Source: Treponemataceae bacterium
Lineage (GTDB): Bacteria; Spirochaetota; Spirochaetia; Treponematales; Rectinemataceae
Assembly: GCA_963677895.2 (NCBI GenBank)
Contig: CAXXGJ010000032.1
Span: 1-12,091, forward strand
Direction of reading: 5' to 3'
DNA: 12,091 nt
Shown: one piece after another, positions 1-7,512 of the stretch
How positions within the stretch are numbered: the first letter of the stretch is position 1
Layout of the letters: every line of letters starts with the position of its first letter
Made by a program: the position numbers and the translations under genes
Notes under the pieces: model-generated
What the model was told of the DNA's origin: nothing
Databases searched by the model: none
The model's input: only the letters and a program-made list of their open reading frames with translations

Positions 1-700
1 CGACCGGGACAGGGCCTCTGAAGCAATGCGTGCTGAAATCGCCAGGCCTCAGTTTTTTTCCAACGAGATCCCAGTAGGGCCGTTCCTTCCTGAAATAGCC
101 GAAATCCACCATTATGGGCAATCCCGATTTTTCTCCAGCCTGGAGAGCGGAATCCACAGACAGCCAATCGGGTTTCCAGTAATGGGCGCTTTTAATGCCC
201 ACAACGATATCGCTATGTTCTTTAGCCATCGCAGAAGTCCTCGATGGATCGAACACCGATGATTCCTGCTCCATCGCATCGCTTACCATGCCATGGCCGG
301 CGATGTTGATGAAAGAAAACACCCTGGTCTTTGCCCGATCAATCACGGTAGTCCTGAATTGTCCGAAATTCTTCGCGCCCGCCGATCCCGCATCGACCAT
401 GGTCGTTACGCCGGTTCTGAAGCTGAAACAATCGGGATAGATGCTGTTGTCGCCTGCCCATGCGTCGGGCACATTAGCCGACGCGAAAAGATGAGTGTGT
501 ATATCTATGAGACCCGGAGTCACTATACAGCCATGGACATCGATTACCTCCGCATTCTTCGATGCGTGGATATTCGGGGCGACGCCGACAATCCTGGTTC
601 CGTCGAGCGCCAGATCCATCATGGCATCAATCTTGTTTGCTGGGTCCAGTACTCTTCCGCCCTTAAGCAATAAGGAACAGGCAATCTCATTTGTATCCAT
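1..700 (-). CDS. Amidohydrolase/deacetylase-family metallohydrolase (COG3964, Atu3266/EF0837-like; often mis-annotated dihydroorotase), 5' part; runs off the left edge
   Basis: Manual translation from ATG at 700 (minus): MDTNEIACSLLLKGGRVLDPANKID...VTPGLIDIHTHLF...FRTGVTTMVDAGSAG...VVGIKSAH...PIMVDFGYF...LRPGDFSTHCFRGPVPV, open to the edge. Shows PGLIDxHxH (H68/H70), GVTTxVDAGSAG, a candidate carboxylated Lys (K170) and PGDxxTH (H225). AGGAG RBS at 712-708. Not in the ORF track because its stop is outside the window. Confidence 0.9.
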   Translation of the reverse strand, partial: MDTNEIACSLLLKGGRVLDPANKIDAMMDLALDGTRIVGVAPNIHASKNAEVIDVHGCIVTPGLIDIHTHLFASANVPDAWAGDNSIYPDCFSFRTGVTTMVDAGSAGAKNFGQFRTTVIDRAKTRVFSFINIAGHGMVSDAMEQESSVFDPSRTSAMAKEHSDIVVGIKSAHYWKPDWLSVDSALQAGEKSGLPIMVDFGYFRKERPYWDLVGKKLRPGDFSTHCFRGPVPV

Positions 701-718
701 ATTGACGCTCCTAGATAC

Positions 719-747
719 AGTGTAGGGCTTCCTTGGCTATTCGTCAA
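719..747 (-). promoter_or_regulatory. Putative sigma70 promoter for the amidohydrolase gene (TTGACG-17-TACACT)
   Basis: On the minus strand -35 TTGACG = 747..742, 17-nt spacer, -10 TACACT = 724..719, just upstream of the AGGAG RBS. Confidence 0.65.
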
Positions 748-771
748 TTATGAAATTGTGTTCCATTTTTG
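748..771. promoter_or_regulatory. Putative KdgR/IclR operator (box 1)
   Basis: TTATGAAATTGTGTTCCATTTTTG: imperfect palindrome resembling the KdgR box (approximately AAATGAAACAnTGTTTCATTT, from memory). 751-771 is 17/21 identical to 7402-7422. Lies between two divergent -35 elements. Confidence 0.7.
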
Positions 772-773
772 AA

Positions 774-801
774 TTGACAGCGGGCTACAATCGATTATAC
801 T
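774..801 (+). promoter_or_regulatory. Putative sigma70 promoter of the ABC operon (TTGACA-16-TATACT)
   Basis: Perfect -35 TTGACA at 774-779, 16-nt spacer, -10 TATACT at 796-801; AGGAGG RBS at 841-846 before ATG 852. Confidence 0.7.
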
Positions 802-851
802 TATGCTCATGTTAATCGTGTGAGCCAAATCGTAAAAGCCAGGAGGCAGAA

Positions 852-2389
852 ATGAAAATTAGGTTTAGGATCCTTGTTGTTGTTGCGCTAGTGATGGCGA
901 CAATGGCAGTTAATGCCACTACAACCTTCAGATACGCCACCATCGCGGAGCCGCCAAGTCTGGATCAGCAGGTATTGACCTCGGATCAAGCGACGACCAT
1001 AGCTCAGCATGTGTTTGAAGGACTCTACACTTTCGATAAGAGCTACGACCCTGTTCCCATGCTTGTGGATAAGGAGAGTATTTCCGCCGACGGTAAAACC
1101 ATAACGCTTACCTTGCGACAGGGCGTGAAATTCCATAACGGCAAAGAGATGACTTCGGCCGATGTGGTTGCGTCACTAAACAGGTGGGGAGTGTATGGCG
1201 TTCGGGGGCCTGTTCTCTTCGCTCATATTGAAAAGGTAGATGCTCCGTCCAAATACTCCGTACGCCTTTTATTTAAGGATGTGTTTGCCCCTTGGAAAAC
1301 CCTTCTCGCCTTCATCAATGGCGGACCGGTTATCTATCCCAAGGAAATCGCCGAGACGGCAACCAAGCAGCCAATCCCAGAAAGCCAGTATATTGGAACA
1401 GGTCCTTACCGCTTCGTGGAGAGGAATCCTGGCCGCTATATCCTGCTGGAAAAATTCGTTGATTATGTCTCAAGAACCGATGCTCCCAATGGATACGGCG
1501 GCAAGAGAGTGGCGCAGTTCGATAGGATTCAGTTCATTCCCGTCAGCGATGTCGGTACGCGCGTCAATGGCGTCAAAGCTGGTGACTATGACTACGCCGA
1601 GCAGATTTCTGGCGATCTCTATGACATGCTGAGCCAAGATTCTTCAGTCGTCACGCTGGTCAACGAAGGCGTGGTAATGCCGTTCATGTTCTTCGACTCA
1701 ACGGAAGGTCCGTTCAAGAACAACTACAAGCTGCGTGTGGCGGTATTGGCCGCTCTCGATACCACGGCGGCATTGCAGGCTGCCGTCGGCCCCAAGAACC
1801 TCTGGTCGGCCAATGGATCCTTCATGCCCAAAGGCACGTCCTGGTATACTACTCTGCCGGCACCGAAGCCTACAGCCGCAAGAATGCCGCCTTGGCCAAA
1901 TCGCTCGCCGCTGAAGCCGGTTACAAGGGAGAGAAGATCACCTTCATGGTCTCTTCCGCCTATAAGATCCATAACGACATCGGCCTGGTCTTCACAAAAC
2001 AGCTGAAAGACGCGGGCTTCAATATCGACCTGCAGATCTACGACTGGGCGACGCTTGTTTCCAAACGCGGCGACGGCAAGCAATGGGATATGTTCTTCAC
2101 GCACCATGGTTTTGTCCCCGATCCTATTCTTTTCAGCTTCATGAGCGATACCTATCCGGGCTGGTGGGCAACCTCCGAGAAGCAGGCTCTGGCGCAGGTG
2201 TTCACCTCGACGCTGGACGAAAAGAAACGACTCGAAGCCTGGACGCAATTCCAGAAACTTATCTATCAACAAGTGCCTGTCATGAAGATTGGCGATGTAT
2301 ACACCTATGATATTTATTCCCCGCGCGTTCAGAATCTCGGAGAATCCCAACTGATTTGGCCGAAGTTCTGGAATGTGAGTTTTAAATAA
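852..2389 (+). pseudogene. ABC transporter substrate-binding protein, family 5 (DppA/OppA/NikA-like), split by a frameshift near 1845-1856 (true pseudogene or sequence error)
   Basis: ORF 852..2006 has a signal peptide and family-5 motifs (EPPSLD, VFEGLYTFD, TLTLRQGVKFHNG, IGTGPYRF) but turns into non-homologous Pro/Arg-rich sequence after ...KGTSWYTT. The frame of ORF 1892..2389 supplies the natural continuation AGTEAYSRKNAALAKSLAAEAGYKGEKI...FWNVSFK. Joined length is about 511-512 aa, typical of the family. Confidence 0.85.
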
Positions 2390-2407
2390 TATCGATTTTT
2401 CCGTGAA

Positions 2408-2446
2408 CTTTACCCTCCGGCTTGCCAAGCGGAGGGTAAAGCTTTT
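2408..2446 (+). terminator. Stem-loop after the SBP gene (partial terminator or mRNA-stabilising hairpin)
   Basis: Perfect 12-bp inverted repeat CTTTACCCTCCG (2408-2419) / CGGAGGGTAAAG (2430-2441), followed by CTTTT, between SBP and the first permease. Confidence 0.7.
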
Positions 2447-2461
2447 AGTGGGGTCCACGCA

Positions 2462-3409
2462 ATGATTAAGTTTATAGCTCGCCGGATAGTAGGGATGATA
2501 CCCTCGCTGATTCTGGTTTCCATCATCGTATTCGGCTTCGTCCATCTCATCCCTGGGGATCCCATACAGATCCTTCTTGGAGATCTTGCCACTCCCGAGC
2601 AGGTGACCGCGATACGGGAGGAAATGGGGCTCGACCGACCTATATGGATTCAGTATGTGAAGTGGGTTGGTGGCGTTGTCACGGGCAATATGGGCGATTC
2701 CATTTTTTTCAGCCAGCCAGTGTTGTCGGTCATTGGAAACAGAGCAGAAACCAGCGTGCTTCTCGCGCTGCTCACCCTTGGCCTTATCCTTGTCATCGGC
2801 ATTCCCGTCGGATATCTATCGGCAACCCGCTACGGAACGAAACTCGATCAGACAATCTCAGGTGTGTCGATGGGATTTGCGTCCATTCCTACCTTTTGGC
2901 TTGGCTTAAGTCTCATGACGCTCTTCGCGGTCAAGCTGAAGTGGTTTCCCAGCTCGGGATTTCCTTCCATACTGAAGACGGGAGATTGGGCGAACATAAG
3001 GTACCTAATTCTTCCCGCCATAACCCTTTCAGCCCCGAATTCGGCCCTCATTATCCGCCTTACCCGCGCTTCAATGCTGGACGTATTCAAAGAGGATTAT
3101 GTCAGGACTGCCCGCGCAAAGGGTCTGCGTGACTCTGCGGTGAACATCCTTCATGTATTCAGGAATTCCATGAATTCCCTGGTTTCCGCGCTGGGCTTTA
3201 CCTTCGCGGGGCTGGTCTCGGGCACTGTGGTGACCGAAACAGTATTTTCGCTGCCGGGAATAGGAAAGCTCGTCGTCGATTCCGTGCTTCGCCGCGATTA
3301 TCCAGTGATACAAGGAGTTATTCTCTGCATCGCGCTGCTGTATATGGCTATCAACCTGCTCGTCGACATCGCGTATGGCTGGCTTGATCCGCGCATCAGG
3401 TACAGTTAA
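2462..3409 (+). CDS. Peptide/nickel ABC transporter permease (DppB/OppB family)
   Basis: 315 aa; LIPGDP, GLDRP, GNMGDS, SIPTFWLGL, EAA-like DYVRTARAKGL, VTETVFSLPGIG, RDYPVIQG, DPRIRY. Confidence 0.95.
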   Translation: MIKFIARRIVGMIPSLILVSIIVFGFVHLIPGDPIQILLGDLATPEQVTAIREEMGLDRPIWIQYVKWVGGVVTGNMGDSIFFSQPVLSVIGNRAETSVLLALLTLGLILVIGIPVGYLSATRYGTKLDQTISGVSMGFASIPTFWLGLSLMTLFAVKLKWFPSSGFPSILKTGDWANIRYLILPAITLSAPNSALIIRLTRASMLDVFKEDYVRTARAKGLRDSAVNILHVFRNSMNSLVSALGFTFAGLVSGTVVTETVFSLPGIGKLVVDSVLRRDYPVIQGVILCIALLYMAINLLVDIAYGWLDPRIRYS

Positions 3410-3419
3410 GGAGGACCGT

Positions 3420-4262
3420 ATGTCTGGTTTTATGAAAATGCTGCGGTCCAGGAAGATAGCGATTGCAGGCATATGCTTTTTATTGCTTCTCGTCTTCATG
3501 GCGCTTTTCGCGTCCTTTATCGCGCCGATCGATCCTATGGAGATCGATCCGGCTAATCGATTGTTGCCGCCGGGGAAAGGGCATATTTTCGGCACGGACA
3601 ATTTTGGACGCGACATCTGGAGCCGCGTGGTATTCGGATCGCGCACGAGCATCGTCAGTTCGCTCGGCGTCGTGCTGTTTTCCGTCACGCTGGGCATCGT
3701 GATAGGGTTGGTCGCGGGATACTTCAAGGCGCTCAACGCGCCTTTTATGCGTATCATCGATGTCATGATGGCATTCCCGTCGCTTCTGCTCGCTCTCGTT
3801 CTGATGACGATTTTCGGGCGGGGATTGGTCAATGTCATTCTGGCGGTCGGTATCACCTATCTCACGAGAACCACGAGGATCGTCTATGGAATGACGCTCA
3901 AGCTCAAGGAGGAAGTGTACATCGAAGCCTTCAGGGCTGCCGGGGCATCCAATATGCGGCTTCTCCTTCATCATATATTCCCGAATTTGACTTCTCCGGT
4001 CATCGTGCAGGCTACCTTCACCTTCGCGTTTTCCCTGCTGGATATGGCATCCCTTGATTTCCTCGGGCTTGGCCTGCCGCCGGAAATACCGAGCTGGGGC
4101 AACATGCTTTCAGAAGGAAGCATCTATCTGGTGAGGGCTCCCTGGATGCTTCTCATTCCGGGGATCTTCATCGTCCTCACCGTGCTTTCTTTCAATCTCG
4201 TCGGCGACGTATTGCGGGACCAAGTGGATCCGCGTTTCCGGCACGATATCAAAGGAGTGTGA
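3420..4262 (+). CDS. Peptide/nickel ABC transporter permease (DppC/OppC family)
   Basis: 280 aa from ATG 3420 (AAGGAGG RBS just upstream; the ORF-track start at 3375 overlaps the previous gene); HIFGTDNFGRDIWSRVVFG, YIEAFRAAGAS, FLGLG, PSWGNML, GDVLRDQVDPR. Confidence 0.95.
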   Translation: MSGFMKMLRSRKIAIAGICFLLLLVFMALFASFIAPIDPMEIDPANRLLPPGKGHIFGTDNFGRDIWSRVVFGSRTSIVSSLGVVLFSVTLGIVIGLVAGYFKALNAPFMRIIDVMMAFPSLLLALVLMTIFGRGLVNVILAVGITYLTRTTRIVYGMTLKLKEEVYIEAFRAAGASNMRLLLHHIFPNLTSPVIVQATFTFAFSLLDMASLDFLGLGLPPEIPSWGNMLSEGSIYLVRAPWMLLIPGIFIVLTVLSFNLVGDVLRDQVDPRFRHDIKGV

Positions 4263-4265
4263 TTC

Positions 4266-5264
4266 ATGCCGGGCGATGTGCTTCTATCGATTCGTGGACT
4301 GAAAACTCATTTTTCCACGCCCGCGGGAATCGTGACCGCCGTGGACGGAGTAAGCTTCGACCTAAAGCGGGGCGAGACGCTGGGATTGGTGGGGGAATCC
4401 GGAAGCGGCAAGACCGTTACGGCTCTTTCCGTGATGCAGCTCTATGCCAAACCGCAGGGAAGAATTGCGGCGGGCGAGATATTGTTCGAGGGCCAGGATA
4501 TTTCGAAGATGAGTGACCGCGAGATGCATAAGATCCGCGGCAATTCCATCTCGATGATATTCCAGGAGCCGATGACCTCGCTCAATCCCGTGTATACTAT
4601 CGGCAAACAAATTGTGGAAGCGATAAGGGCGCACAGAAAAATCAGCAAAAAGGAAGCTTGGGCTATCGCCCTTGAGTCCCTGAAAAAGGTCGGCATCCCC
4701 GATCCGGAAAGGCGCCTCAAGTCCTTTCCTCACGAGATGTCGGGAGGCATGCGCCAGAGGGCGATGATCGCCATGGCCATATCCTGCAATCCAACCTTGC
4801 TTATCGCCGATGAGCCCACGACGGCTCTGGATGTCACGATACAGGCGCAGATACTCCAGCTGATAAGAGAACTGAGGGAAAAGCTTGGAATGTCGGTGCT
4901 CATGATCACGCACGACCTGGGTGTCATCGCGGAGATTACCGATAGAGTCGCGGTGATGTATGCCGGTCGAATCGCGGAATATTCGGATACTGTCTCGCTT
5001 TTCTCCGATCCGATGCATCCCTATACGCGGGGCCTTATGGATTCGATCCCGGATATCGAAAAGGAAACCAAGCAGTTGTATTCGATACCTGGAACGGTAC
5101 CCAGTCTCCTGGGCGAAACCATAGGCTGCCGGTTCGCGAATCGATGCGATTACGCCTCATCGATATGCTCGGAAAAAGCCCCGGACATGGAAGAAGCCGC
5201 TCCAGGGCATTGGGTTGCCTGCTGGAATAGACTAGGAAGGATACATGGAGGAGTACTACGATGA
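4266..5264 (+). CDS. Peptide/nickel ABC transporter ATP-binding protein (DppD/OppD family)
   Basis: 332 aa; Walker A GESGSGKT, Q-loop FQEPMTSLNP, signature MSGGMRQR, Walker B LLIADEPTTALD, H-loop ITHDL, C-terminal Cys cluster GCRFANRC...C...ACW; AAAGGAG RBS. Confidence 0.95.
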   Translation: MPGDVLLSIRGLKTHFSTPAGIVTAVDGVSFDLKRGETLGLVGESGSGKTVTALSVMQLYAKPQGRIAAGEILFEGQDISKMSDREMHKIRGNSISMIFQEPMTSLNPVYTIGKQIVEAIRAHRKISKKEAWAIALESLKKVGIPDPERRLKSFPHEMSGGMRQRAMIAMAISCNPTLLIADEPTTALDVTIQAQILQLIRELREKLGMSVLMITHDLGVIAEITDRVAVMYAGRIAEYSDTVSLFSDPMHPYTRGLMDSIPDIEKETKQLYSIPGTVPSLLGETIGCRFANRCDYASSICSEKAPDMEEAAPGHWVACWNRLGRIHGGVLR

Positions 5265-6223
5265 GCGATTATATCCTCCGCATCGATCAATTGACGAAGG
5301 ACTTCAAGGTACATGGCGGCAACACCAAGCATGGCGTCGTGAAGGCTGTGAGCGATGTCACGTTTTCCGTTTCTCGAGGAGAGACGTTCGGAATCGTGGG
5401 CGAATCGGGATGCGGCAAGTCTACCACCGGTCGCCTTATCATGCGGTTGATAGACCCGACCTCAGGGCGAATCGAGTTCCGCGGCAGCGATATCACGACG
5501 CTCAAGGGCGAAGCCCTGAGGGGAATCCGACGGAAAATACAAATGGTATTCCAGGATCCTTATGCTTCCCTGAATCCACGGCTGAACATAGCCGGCAACA
5601 TCGGAGAGCCTCTGATGATCCATCGGATAGCGTCCTCTACCGCGCAGAGAGACGAAATCGTCAAGGAGCTACTTTCGACCGTAGGGCTCAATCCCGATTA
5701 TTACTCCCGGTATCCCTTCGAATTTTCCGGCGGACAACGGCAGCGCATAGGCATCGCGAGAGCTCTTTCTCTTTCGCCAGAGCTGGTCATAGCCGATGAG
5801 CCTGTCTCGGCGCTGGATGTGTCGCTCCAGGCCCAGATCATCAATCTCCTGCAGGATCTCAAGGCAAAGAAAGACCTAACGTACATTTTCATCGCCCATG
5901 ACCTGGGCGTCGTCAAGCATATTTCCGATCGCGTCGCCGTGATGTATCTGGGCAAGATAGCCGAGATAGCCGATAAACGCGAAATTTTTCTCTCTCCCCT
6001 ACACCCTTATACGAAGGCGCTTTTTTCTTCCATTCCCATACCCAATCCCGCGAAGAAAAAGCTGAGGGCTCCCTTGATGGGCGATATCCCAAGCCCGCTC
6101 GCGCCTCCTCCCGGATGCCTATTCAACACGCGCTGCGCGTACGCGACCGAACGGTGCAGAACCGAGGTTCCCGTCCTCAAGGAGGCTGGTCCCGGCCATA
6201 TGGTGGCCTGTCACCTCTACTGA
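5261..6223 (+). CDS. Peptide/nickel ABC transporter ATP-binding protein (DppF/OppF family)
   Basis: 320 aa; GESGCGKST, FQDPYASLNPR, FSGGQRQR, VIADEPVSALD, IAHDL, PPPGCLFNTRC...C...ACH; GGAGGAG RBS and ATGA overlap with the previous gene. Confidence 0.95.
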   Translation: MSDYILRIDQLTKDFKVHGGNTKHGVVKAVSDVTFSVSRGETFGIVGESGCGKSTTGRLIMRLIDPTSGRIEFRGSDITTLKGEALRGIRRKIQMVFQDPYASLNPRLNIAGNIGEPLMIHRIASSTAQRDEIVKELLSTVGLNPDYYSRYPFEFSGGQRQRIGIARALSLSPELVIADEPVSALDVSLQAQIINLLQDLKAKKDLTYIFIAHDLGVVKHISDRVAVMYLGKIAEIADKREIFLSPLHPYTKALFSSIPIPNPAKKKLRAPLMGDIPSPLAPPPGCLFNTRCAYATERCRTEVPVLKEAGPGHMVACHLY

Positions 6224-7338
6224 ACTGTCTTTAAAAGAGCGCTCACGGCCGCGAACACTTCTTCTTCCTCTCCCTCCAGCAGGGTTTGAGGACTCAGGAC
6301 AAAACCGTCCCTCCAGCTGTCCACTATGACGCTGGGGGTACCGTTTCTCAGCCGCAGCACTTCGGCCGCCACATGGACGCCGGTTTTCCTGACGAATACT
6401 TTAGGTATACAGATCGGATTCATTCCCGGCTGGGTGGCGGTATAGGGGGTAATCTCGACGCCTTCGAGTTCGCCGAATTTCCTGAGCCAGAAGGCGCACT
6501 TTTCTTTCATTCTGTCCATTCTGAGCTTTTCGTCCTCGGCGAGGTAGGCTTCGAGCGCCGCCAAAAATCCCAGGACATTTTCTTTTCCAGCCTTGGCCGG
6601 CCTGCCTACGCCATAGTTGGGAGCGCCATTGTATCGTGCGGCATTCACTAAATCGCGGGATCCAACGACGAGGCCCGAACTCTGCGGTCCACCTATTTCC
6701 TTTCCGCCGGAAAAAATTACCAGATCGGCTCCTCTCTGGCGGAGCGTCCAGAGATTGGACTTGGGCGGCAGCTCGGCGGCGGCGTCGACGACAACGGGAA
6801 CGCCTTTGGCATGCGCTATCCTGACAGTCTCATCGAGCGACAATGACGCGTTCAGCATTTCCGCCTGTAGGGCGAAAAACACCGCGGCCGTTCTTTCCGT
6901 GATGGCCGATTCCAGCTCCCATGGGTGCGTCTTGATGCAATCGCCAATCTCGACGAAAGTAGCGCCGGCGGTGGGCACGGCATTATCGTAGGGATTGCGG
7001 TGGGAACGATGTATGATGACTTCAGACCTGGCGGGAGGGGCGGAAGGGAGCAAGTTCCTTAGATATGGATCTGCGCCGGCGATACATGCGGCAATGGACT
7101 GGATGATGCCGGGAGAAGCTCCGGCCGTTATCAGCGCGGCATCGACACCTAGTAGCTTGGCTATCCTTTCGCCGCTTTTTTTCAACAGCAGCTCCATGTC
7201 GACAAAATTGCCTGAGGCCTCGGCCATCGCCGCCGCCGCTTCGGGGCGGACTCTGCTGCCTCCGAACGACGTCAGTGTCCCTGACGCGTTGATAATCCTC
7301 GGCAAGCCTAACTCGCTGCCGTAATTTATTTCTCTCAT
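6217..7338 (-). CDS. SelA-like PLP-dependent enzyme (DgaE / D-glucosaminate-6-phosphate ammonia-lyase related family); not true selenocysteine synthase
   Basis: 373 aa from ATG 7338 (AAAGGGGG RBS; the ORF-track start at 7377 lacks one). Motifs IINASGTLTSFGGS, VVVDAAAELPP, GADLVIFSGGK (PLP Lys), GGPQSSG, GVGRPAKAGKE. Lacks the N-terminal extension of bona fide SelA. Confidence 0.85.
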   Translation of the reverse strand: MREINYGSELGLPRIINASGTLTSFGGSRVRPEAAAAMAEASGNFVDMELLLKKSGERIAKLLGVDAALITAGASPGIIQSIAACIAGADPYLRNLLPSAPPARSEVIIHRSHRNPYDNAVPTAGATFVEIGDCIKTHPWELESAITERTAAVFFALQAEMLNASLSLDETVRIAHAKGVPVVVDAAAELPPKSNLWTLRQRGADLVIFSGGKEIGGPQSSGLVVGSRDLVNAARYNGAPNYGVGRPAKAGKENVLGFLAALEAYLAEDEKLRMDRMKEKCAFWLRKFGELEGVEITPYTATQPGMNPICIPKVFVRKTGVHVAAEVLRLRNGTPSVIVDSWRDGFVLSPQTLLEGEEEEVFAAVSALLKTVQ

Positions 7339-7355
7339 GATTCCCCCTTTGTGCA

Positions 7356-7384
7356 AGTATCGGATCTTGATCGGCAAAGATCAA
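7356..7384 (-). promoter_or_regulatory. Putative sigma70 promoter for the SelA-like gene (TTGATC-17-GATACT)
   Basis: Minus strand -35 TTGATC = 7384..7379, 17-nt spacer, -10 GATACT = 7361..7356, directly upstream of the RBS and ATG 7338. Confidence 0.5.
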
Positions 7385-7398
7385 TGGCAGTTTGCTAA

Positions 7399-7422
7399 AA
7401 TTGGAATCATGTTTCATTTTTG
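7399..7422. promoter_or_regulatory. Putative KdgR/IclR operator (box 2)
   Basis: AATTGGAATCATGTTTCATTTTTG: has a consensus-like right half-site TGTTTCATTT, is near-identical to box 1, and is centred between divergent -35 elements upstream of the KdgR-like gene. Confidence 0.7.
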
Positions 7423-7432
7423 CATATTATTC

Positions 7433-7466
7433 TTGACATATCGTCGTATTGCGGTGAAACTATAAT
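7433..7466 (+). promoter_or_regulatory. Putative promoter of the iclR-eda-kdgK operon
   Basis: TTGACA at 7433-7438; candidate -10 is GAAACT (7456-7461, 17-nt spacer) or a perfect TATAAT (7461-7466, 22-nt spacer). Confidence 0.5.
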
Positions 7467-7512
7467 CAGAGTGCAATGAAATAGAGAGGAGTATCGTAAA
7501 TCGAAATCAGCC

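Noticed and set aside
1..700. Calling the amidohydrolase dihydroorotase (pyrC)
   Set aside because: Lacks the HxHxR(E/D)P-type substrate Arg after the HxH motif (reads HTHLFAS); motifs and context fit the COG3964 deacetylase-like group.
26..725. Four short plus-strand ORFs (26-262, 195-440, 293-673, 495-725)
   Set aside because: Antisense shadows of the minus-strand amidohydrolase; no recognisable motifs.
1892..2389. Treating the 165-aa ORF as an independent gene
   Set aside because: It is the C-terminal part of the SBP; the TTG start has no RBS or signal peptide, and SBP-like sequence extends upstream of it to about 1856.
1724..5018. Long minus-strand ORFs (1724-2545, 3071-3856, 3480-3974, 4362-5018)
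   Set aside because: Antisense to well-supported ABC genes, no motifs; expected shadows in GC-rich coding DNA.
6217..7377. Calling the PLP enzyme selenocysteine synthase (selA), and the ORF-track start at 7377
   Set aside because: Too short, lacks the SelA N-terminal domain, and there is no selB/selC/selD in the window. The RBS and a candidate promoter support ATG 7338.
7363..7382. Inverted repeat GATCTT-N8-AAGATC in the SelA-like promoter spacer
   Set aside because: Only 6-bp arms and no second copy noticed in the window; could be chance.
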